Part shown: positions 58,917 through 64,000 of the stretch, piece by piece | How the letters are laid out: each line of letters begins with the position of its first letter | How positions within the stretch are numbered: the first letter of the stretch is position 1 | Assembly (NCBI GenBank): GCA_965208835.1 | Contig: OZ242358.1 | Span: 256,001-320,000 of the forward strand | Length of the DNA stretch: 64,000 nt | Reading direction: 5' to 3' | From: Candidatus Latescibacterota bacterium | Lineage (GTDB): Bacteria; Latescibacterota; UBA2968; GCA-2709665 | The notes under the pieces: model-generated | The model's input: only the letters and a program-made list of their open reading frames with translations | The model's database searches: none | Told to the model about the DNA's origin: nothing | Position numbers and translations under genes: made by a program

Positions 58917-59453
58917 TCAGGGCGCCTGCCTGGATTGGTTTCCTCCGCTTTCGCGGTCCCCTTTCACCATGACCATCACGCCGATCAGGGCGACCAGCAG
59001 AATAAGGGAAACCACCTCGAAAGGAAACAGATACCTGGTATACAGCATTTTGCCGATGGTGTTGATGTTGTCGGTAAACAGCGGCGCGTCGCCCGACGCG
59101 GGCGTGCCGACCCAACGCCGTCCTGCCATGAAGCCCAGTTGCGCCACCAGAGCCGCCGCCAGCAGGACAACGGCGACGCGTCGATATTTGCCCGCGACGC
59201 GCTCGAGGGTGTCGGAATGCCCCAGGTTCAGAAGCATGATTACGAACAGGAAGAGTACCATGATTGCGCCGGCGTACACGATAATCTGTACCACCGCAAG
59301 GAAATACGCATTCAGCAAAACAAAAAGCCCTGCCAGGGCGAAGAACGCAGCCACCAGAGACAGGGCGCTGTAGACCGGATTTCGAAACGCGACGAGGAGT
59401 ACTGCCGCAACCAGCGCGATTGCGGCAAAAACGAAAAAGAATATTTGCTCCAT
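58917..59453 (-). CDS. nuoJ: NADH-quinone oxidoreductase subunit J
   Basis: NPVYSAL, QIIVYAGAIMVLFLFVIMLL, PFE; ATG 59453 after GGGAGG. Confidence 0.95.
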   Translation of the reverse strand: MEQIFFFVFAAIALVAAVLLVAFRNPVYSALSLVAAFFALAGLFVLLNAYFLAVVQIIVYAGAIMVLFLFVIMLLNLGHSDTLERVAGKYRRVAVVLLAAALVAQLGFMAGRRWVGTPASGDAPLFTDNINTIGKMLYTRYLFPFEVVSLILLVALIGVMVMVKGDRESGGNQSRQAP

Positions 59454-59478
59454 TATCCCTCCCGCAGGGCGCCGCTTG

Positions 59479-59666
59479 GAAGCTGTTTTAAAATTACCGG
59501 TGAGTTCCCGAGCGCGAGCGAAAAAGTGGCGGTCAAGGCGGGAAAAGCCGCCCATATCCAATGTATCGTGGCTGCGCGCCCCTCGCCACTCTTGGGTGGG
59601 TTTGACCAACGCCGACCGGCGCTTTTGCAGCCGCGCGAAGACCGCTGGGAGTTTTAAAACAGCTTC
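59479..59666 (-). mobile_element. Family B MITE-like element, subtype B1, at the position normally held by nuoI
   Basis: Perfect 15-bp TIR GAAGCTGTTTTAAAA / TTTTAAAACAGCTTC. Confidence 0.87.
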
Positions 59667-59676
59667 TCAGTGTCAC

Positions 59677-60717
59677 TTAGTACGTTAGTGTCAGATAAAG
59701 CCCGGTCAAAAAGACGTTCAGAAGCGCCAGCGGCAGCAGCACCTTCCACCCCAGCCACATCACCTGATCGTACCGGAAGCGCGGAAGGGTCCAGCGTACC
59801 CACAGGAACAGGAACATGAAGAATCCGGTCTTGACCAGAAACGCGAGTACTTTGAGCAGGCTGGCGCCAAGCGAGGTACTTCCGGGATCCACCAGCCAGG
59901 GCATGTGCCAGCCACCGAAGAACAGCGTGGCGATAACGGCCGACGCCGTAATCATATGGGCATACTCGGCCATGAAGAACATGGCGAACTTCATACTGCT
60001 GTACTCGGCGTGATATCCGGCCACCAGTTCCTGTTCGGATTCCGGCAGATCGAACGGCAGCCGGTTGCTCTCGGCGAACGCGGCCGCGGTAAACAGCACG
60101 AACCCGAGCGGCTGCGTGAATACGTTCCATCCAGGCAGGAAACCGAACAGCGTCCGTTCCGACTGCTGCCTGACGATTTCATCCAGTTGCAACGTGCCCG
60201 CGGCCATCAGCACGCCGATCAGCGACAGCCCGAGCGCCAGTTCGTAGCTGATCATCTGCGCGGACGCCCGCAGCCCGCCCAGGAGGGCATACTTGTTGTT
60301 GGACGCCCAACCGCCAAGCACCACGCCGTAGACCCCCAGCGACGCCAGTGCAAGGAGATAGAGGATGCCAATATTCAAGTCCGCGATCTGCAGCCGGATC
60401 TCGCGGCCCCACAGGATAATGGAATCACCGAACGGTACGATGGCGAAACCCATGAGTGCGGGAACGAGAATGGCGGGCGGCGCGGCCAGATAGACGAAGC
60501 GGTTCACGTGCCGGGGGATTACGTCTTCCTTGAAGAGAAACTTGAGACCGTCGGCAATCGGCTGGAGCAATCCCCACGGCCCCACCCGGTTCGGCCCCAG
60601 ACGGTTCTGGATATATGCGCTGATCTTCCGCTCCGCCAGTACGAGATAGGCGACCGCGCCCATGAGCCCGCCGAATACCACAACGACCTTTACCGTACTC
60701 TCAATCGCGAAATCCAT
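59677..60717 (-). CDS. nuoH: NADH-quinone oxidoreductase subunit H
   Basis: ERK...Q.RLGPNRVG, DGLK...KED, RLPFDLPE.E.EL, PRFRYDQ. Confidence 0.97.
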   Translation of the reverse strand: MDFAIESTVKVVVVFGGLMGAVAYLVLAERKISAYIQNRLGPNRVGPWGLLQPIADGLKFLFKEDVIPRHVNRFVYLAAPPAILVPALMGFAIVPFGDSIILWGREIRLQIADLNIGILYLLALASLGVYGVVLGGWASNNKYALLGGLRASAQMISYELALGLSLIGVLMAAGTLQLDEIVRQQSERTLFGFLPGWNVFTQPLGFVLFTAAAFAESNRLPFDLPESEQELVAGYHAEYSSMKFAMFFMAEYAHMITASAVIATLFFGGWHMPWLVDPGSTSLGASLLKVLAFLVKTGFFMFLFLWVRWTLPRFRYDQVMWLGWKVLLPLALLNVFLTGLYLTLTY

Positions 60718-60719
60718 AG

Positions 60720-60905
60720 GAAGTTGTTTAAAAATTACCGGTGAGTTCCCGAGCGCGAGCGAAAAAGTGGCGGTCCAGGCGGGAAAACCCGGCTATGAGA
60801 GGCGAGCAAGCGCAGCCTCGATCTCGTAAGACGGGTGGGTTTGACCAACGCCGACCGGCGCTTTTGCAGCCGCGCGAAGTCCGCTGGGAATTTTAAGACA
60901 GCTTC
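60720..60905 (-). mobile_element. Family B MITE-like element, subtype B2, between nuoG and nuoH
   Basis: GAAGTTGTTTAAAAA...TTTTAAGACAGCTTC; ends 2 bp from the nuoH ATG. Confidence 0.85.
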
Positions 60906-60911
60906 TACGAT

Positions 60912-62528
60912 CTATGTTCCGGCTGCCTCGATCTCAATGAGCGGTCGGCCCTCATCACCGATAACGTCGTAGTCCATCTCTTTGAATGCCGCGACGATAT
61001 TCGACATGTCGGCCAGGACCTCTTCGACCCCGGTCTGCGTGGCCTCGCCCCCCATCACAAGGTTGACGTCCCGCAGGATCTCCCAGTCGGGCCGCGCGTC
61101 GCCCGCTGGCGCCAGGCCCTGTCTTATACGCTGCACCCGTCCGTCGACGTTTGTAAACGTGCCGTCCTTCTCGATAAAGGCCGCACCGGGAAGGACCACG
61201 TCCGCCATCGCCGTCCAATCGTGGGTCAGTACATCCTGAACGACCAGGAATTCCAAAGATGAGAGCGCCGCCTGTTCCTCGTCGGACAACGATTCCAGTG
61301 GATCACCGCCCACCAGGTAGAGTCCCCGAATCCGCCCTTCGGCCACGCCGCGCCAGATCTCGGAGGTCTCGACTGGAGACAACCCCAGACCCTCGAGAAC
61401 GGACCGCGCACCGCGTGCGTTCGGAGACTTGTCGGCGTGAATGGTGAATCCGCCCTTGAACACCACGTCGCCTTCGTCGCTGACGCGGTTACGTACCGCG
61501 ACGGGGCCTCCGGCCAGCCCGCTGCGGAAAAGGCTTCCGAACAGGTAGTGCTCTTCGTTGGTGAGACAGGCCGATGCAATGCCGGCCACGGCATTCTCGC
61601 CGTAATCCGTCCGAATGCGTTCGAACCCCGCCCTTGCCGCCTCCAGCGCGGCCTCCCACAATGCCAGTTCCTGTTCCTCGCCTCTTCCCAACATCGGAAA
61701 CAGAAGGCGGTCGTCGCTGTGGACATATCCCCACCCGTGGCGGCCGTCGTCACACATCCAGTACTCGTTCACGTCCGGATTCTGACGCGGCACGAGCCGG
61801 TAGATCCGTTCGTTGTTGTAATCGGCCCTGATGTTGCAGCCCGTGCTGCATCCGGGGCAGATGGTGTCAACCGACTTCAGAAACCATACACGCTGCTTGA
61901 AAAGGAACGACTTGTCCAGCAGCGCGCCCACCGGGCAGATATCGACTGTATTGCCGGACAGGCGATTGTCCATCCGCGCCCCCGGGAAGACGTCGATCTC
62001 GTTGTGGACGCCCCTGTTGAAATACCCGAGTTCGCCCGTGCCGGAAATCTCGTCGCAGAACCGGATACAGCGGGTACACCGGATGCACCTGTCGGAATAC
62101 AGCAACACGTGCCGGCCGATGTCTTTCTTGGGCTGTACCAGCTTCTTCTCGTGATACCGGCTCCTGTCGGATCCGTAGGTATAGCTGTAATCCTGCAGTT
62201 CGCACTCTCCGGACTGATCGCACACGGGACAGTCCAGCGGATGGTTCACCAGCAGGAACTCCATTACCGCATTCTGGTTTTCCTTGACGACGTCGGACTG
62301 CGTATCCACAACCATACCCTCGGCAGGCATGGCGGAGCAGGAAGGTCCAAGGCTGCTTCGGCCGCCCACCTCCATCTCCACAAGGCACATACGGCAGTTT
62401 GCCGGCGCGCTCAGCCCCGGGTGGTAGCAATAGTGCGGAACGTATATTCCGTTATCGATCGCCGTCTGGAGTACGTTCTTTCCGGGGACGATCTCGATTT
62501 CACTGCCATCTATGGTAAATGTCGGCAT
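60912..62528 (-). CDS. nuoG: NADH-quinone oxidoreductase subunit G (short form)
   Basis: CYH...CRMC, HPLDCPVCD...C, CIRCTRC...CPVGAL, CPGCSTGC...C Fe-S motifs. Confidence 0.92.
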   Translation of the reverse strand: MPTFTIDGSEIEIVPGKNVLQTAIDNGIYVPHYCYHPGLSAPANCRMCLVEMEVGGRSSLGPSCSAMPAEGMVVDTQSDVVKENQNAVMEFLLVNHPLDCPVCDQSGECELQDYSYTYGSDRSRYHEKKLVQPKKDIGRHVLLYSDRCIRCTRCIRFCDEISGTGELGYFNRGVHNEIDVFPGARMDNRLSGNTVDICPVGALLDKSFLFKQRVWFLKSVDTICPGCSTGCNIRADYNNERIYRLVPRQNPDVNEYWMCDDGRHGWGYVHSDDRLLFPMLGRGEEQELALWEAALEAARAGFERIRTDYGENAVAGIASACLTNEEHYLFGSLFRSGLAGGPVAVRNRVSDEGDVVFKGGFTIHADKSPNARGARSVLEGLGLSPVETSEIWRGVAEGRIRGLYLVGGDPLESLSDEEQAALSSLEFLVVQDVLTHDWTAMADVVLPGAAFIEKDGTFTNVDGRVQRIRQGLAPAGDARPDWEILRDVNLVMGGEATQTGVEEVLADMSNIVAAFKEMDYDVIGDEGRPLIEIEAAGT

Positions 62529-62582
62529 AGTTGCTTACCTTCGAACCCGATTGGAGTTTTCCTGGTGAACGGGGCATCGTCC

Positions 62583-63872
62583 TTACTTAATATGGGCCTC
62601 GAATTCGTCGCGGAACGTATGTACGAATCCGTGGATCGGATTTGCAAATGCCCCGCCGAAACCGCATATGGTTGTCAACCTCGAGGGCGGGCACAAAAAC
62701 GGCCCGACGTTATTGGCGACGTCGAGCAGCGTATCCAGGTCGCCCGGTTTCCCGAGACCGTTTTCGATTCGCCACACGATGTCTCGAGCCCAGGGACATC
62801 CCTCGCGGCACGGCGTACACTGACCGCAGGACTCGTGCGCGAAGAAGACCATGAAATTCAACAACGCATCCACCATGCAGGTTGTTTCGTCCATCACGAT
62901 GATCCCGCCCGTACCGAACATGCCCTGGAAGTCGCCGCCGCCCGGCGCCAGGAAGTTCGACGGGTCCATCACGATATCGATCTGGTCGGGCGTCATCGGA
63001 GGTGTTGAGGCCCCGCCCGGAATCACGGCTTTCAGTTCACGTCCGTCGCGTACGCCGCCCGCGAAATCCTCGATGATCTGGCGCATCGTGAACGCGCCGG
63101 TTTCCAGTTCGAACATCCCCGGCCTGTTCACGTGCCCGCTGACACAGAATATGAACGTGCCCGGAAACCGTTCGCTGCCGATACCCTTGAACCAGTCCGC
63201 GCCCCGGTTCACGATATGGGGAACGTAGGAAAGCGTCTGGACGTTATTCACCGTGGTGGGCCGTTCGAAAACACCCTGCTGGGCGGGAAACGGAGGTTTT
63301 GAACGCGGCTCGGCGCGGTTGCCGTTAAGGGACTGGATCAGACCCATTTCCTCGCCGCAGATATATGCGCCGGCCCCGGGGTGGACGTAGACCTCCAGAT
63401 CGTAGCCGGACCCCAGAATGTCCCGGCCGATGTAACCCGCGGCCCGCGCCTCGGCAATCGCCTGTTCCACGATCGTCCTCGCCTCGAACATTTCGCCGCG
63501 GATATAGACGTATGCCACGCTCACCCGCATCGCGTACGACGCGATGATGGTACCTTCAAGCATCTGATGCGGATTCTGCTCCATCAGGTGCCGGTCCTTG
63601 AACGTGCCCGGTTCGCTCTCGTCGGCATTGACACAGAGATAGCTGGGCTCTTTGGGCTCTTTCGGCATGAAACCCCATTTTACGCCTGCCGGAAACCACG
63701 CGCCTCCCCGTCCCGCCAGCGACGCCTCCCGCACCTCGTCGATCACCTCGTCCTGCGACATTCCAAAGGCCTTCTCAATGGCGCTGTATCCGCCATGGGC
63801 CCTGTAGACGTCTATATTCTGGAGGCCTTCGACGCCGAAGCCTTCGGTGATGATCTTGTATTCTTCGGGCAT
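62583..63872 (-). CDS. nuoF: NADH-quinone oxidoreductase subunit F (divergent)
   Basis: NADESEPGTFKD, GAYICGEE, SCGQCTPCREG, TIC. Confidence 0.93.
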   Translation of the reverse strand: MPEEYKIITEGFGVEGLQNIDVYRAHGGYSAIEKAFGMSQDEVIDEVREASLAGRGGAWFPAGVKWGFMPKEPKEPSYLCVNADESEPGTFKDRHLMEQNPHQMLEGTIIASYAMRVSVAYVYIRGEMFEARTIVEQAIAEARAAGYIGRDILGSGYDLEVYVHPGAGAYICGEEMGLIQSLNGNRAEPRSKPPFPAQQGVFERPTTVNNVQTLSYVPHIVNRGADWFKGIGSERFPGTFIFCVSGHVNRPGMFELETGAFTMRQIIEDFAGGVRDGRELKAVIPGGASTPPMTPDQIDIVMDPSNFLAPGGGDFQGMFGTGGIIVMDETTCMVDALLNFMVFFAHESCGQCTPCREGCPWARDIVWRIENGLGKPGDLDTLLDVANNVGPFLCPPSRLTTICGFGGAFANPIHGFVHTFRDEFEAHIK

Positions 63873-63892
63873 ATCCGGTCAACCGTTCTGTT

Positions 63893-64000
63893 TCACTCGC
63901 ACCCGTCAAGGAGACGGTCCATCTTCTCCCGCGTCACATCGCGATGCAGTTCCTCGTTGATGAGTACCGCGGGCGCCCCCTCGCAGGCCGCGATGCACTC
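63893..64000 (-). CDS. nuoE: NADH-quinone oxidoreductase subunit E, C-terminal part
   Basis: Manual translation ECIAACEGAPAVLINEELHRDVTREKMDRLLDGCE*. Confidence 0.85.
   Translation of the reverse strand, partial: ECIAACEGAPAVLINEELHRDVTREKMDRLLDGCE

Noticed and set aside
59454-59609. N-terminal extension of NuoJ, and similar ORFs at 5810-6070 and 43719-44084
   Set aside because: These are read-throughs of family B elements; the real nuoJ start with an RBS is at 59453.
60912-62528. Truncated nuoG pseudogene
   Set aside because: All Fe-S motifs and an intact reading frame are present; short NuoG forms are known.

Overview
High-GC bacterial chromosomal window with no rRNA, tRNA, CRISPR array or transposase that I could see. 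The gene content (two Gfo/Idh/MocA oxidoreductases, two heparinase II/III-like lyases, many hydrolases) resembles Latescibacterota/Poribacteria-like glycan degraders; this taxonomy is inference only. Left half (1-37.5 kb): carbohydrate and amide catabolic genes, recJ, a PspA-YbjN-DUF4178 operon facing a lipoprotein-DUF350-SDR-aminopropyltransferase operon, cutC, folE2, a triple-DUF5069 protein and two low-GC toxin-antitoxin islets. Right half (37.5-64 kb, all minus strand): a bioenergetic super-cluster, nuoE(partial)FGH-JKLM, then mrpEFG-B'-B-C-D-D-x-D, nuoN and atpZIBEFHAGDC. Main points of interest: (1) a three-antiporter Mrp module sits between nuoM and nuoN, behind a leader with mutually exclusive RBS-sequestering helices (riboswitch-like); (2) nuoI is missing from its usual position and NuoF has a divergent nucleotide-binding site; (3) at least three families of short non-autonomous repeat/MITE elements occupy intergenic spaces, including inside the atp and nuo operons. 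One family has interchangeable cores, and one copy rewrote a gene's last codons without changing its length. Family assignments come from motif recognition, not database searches.
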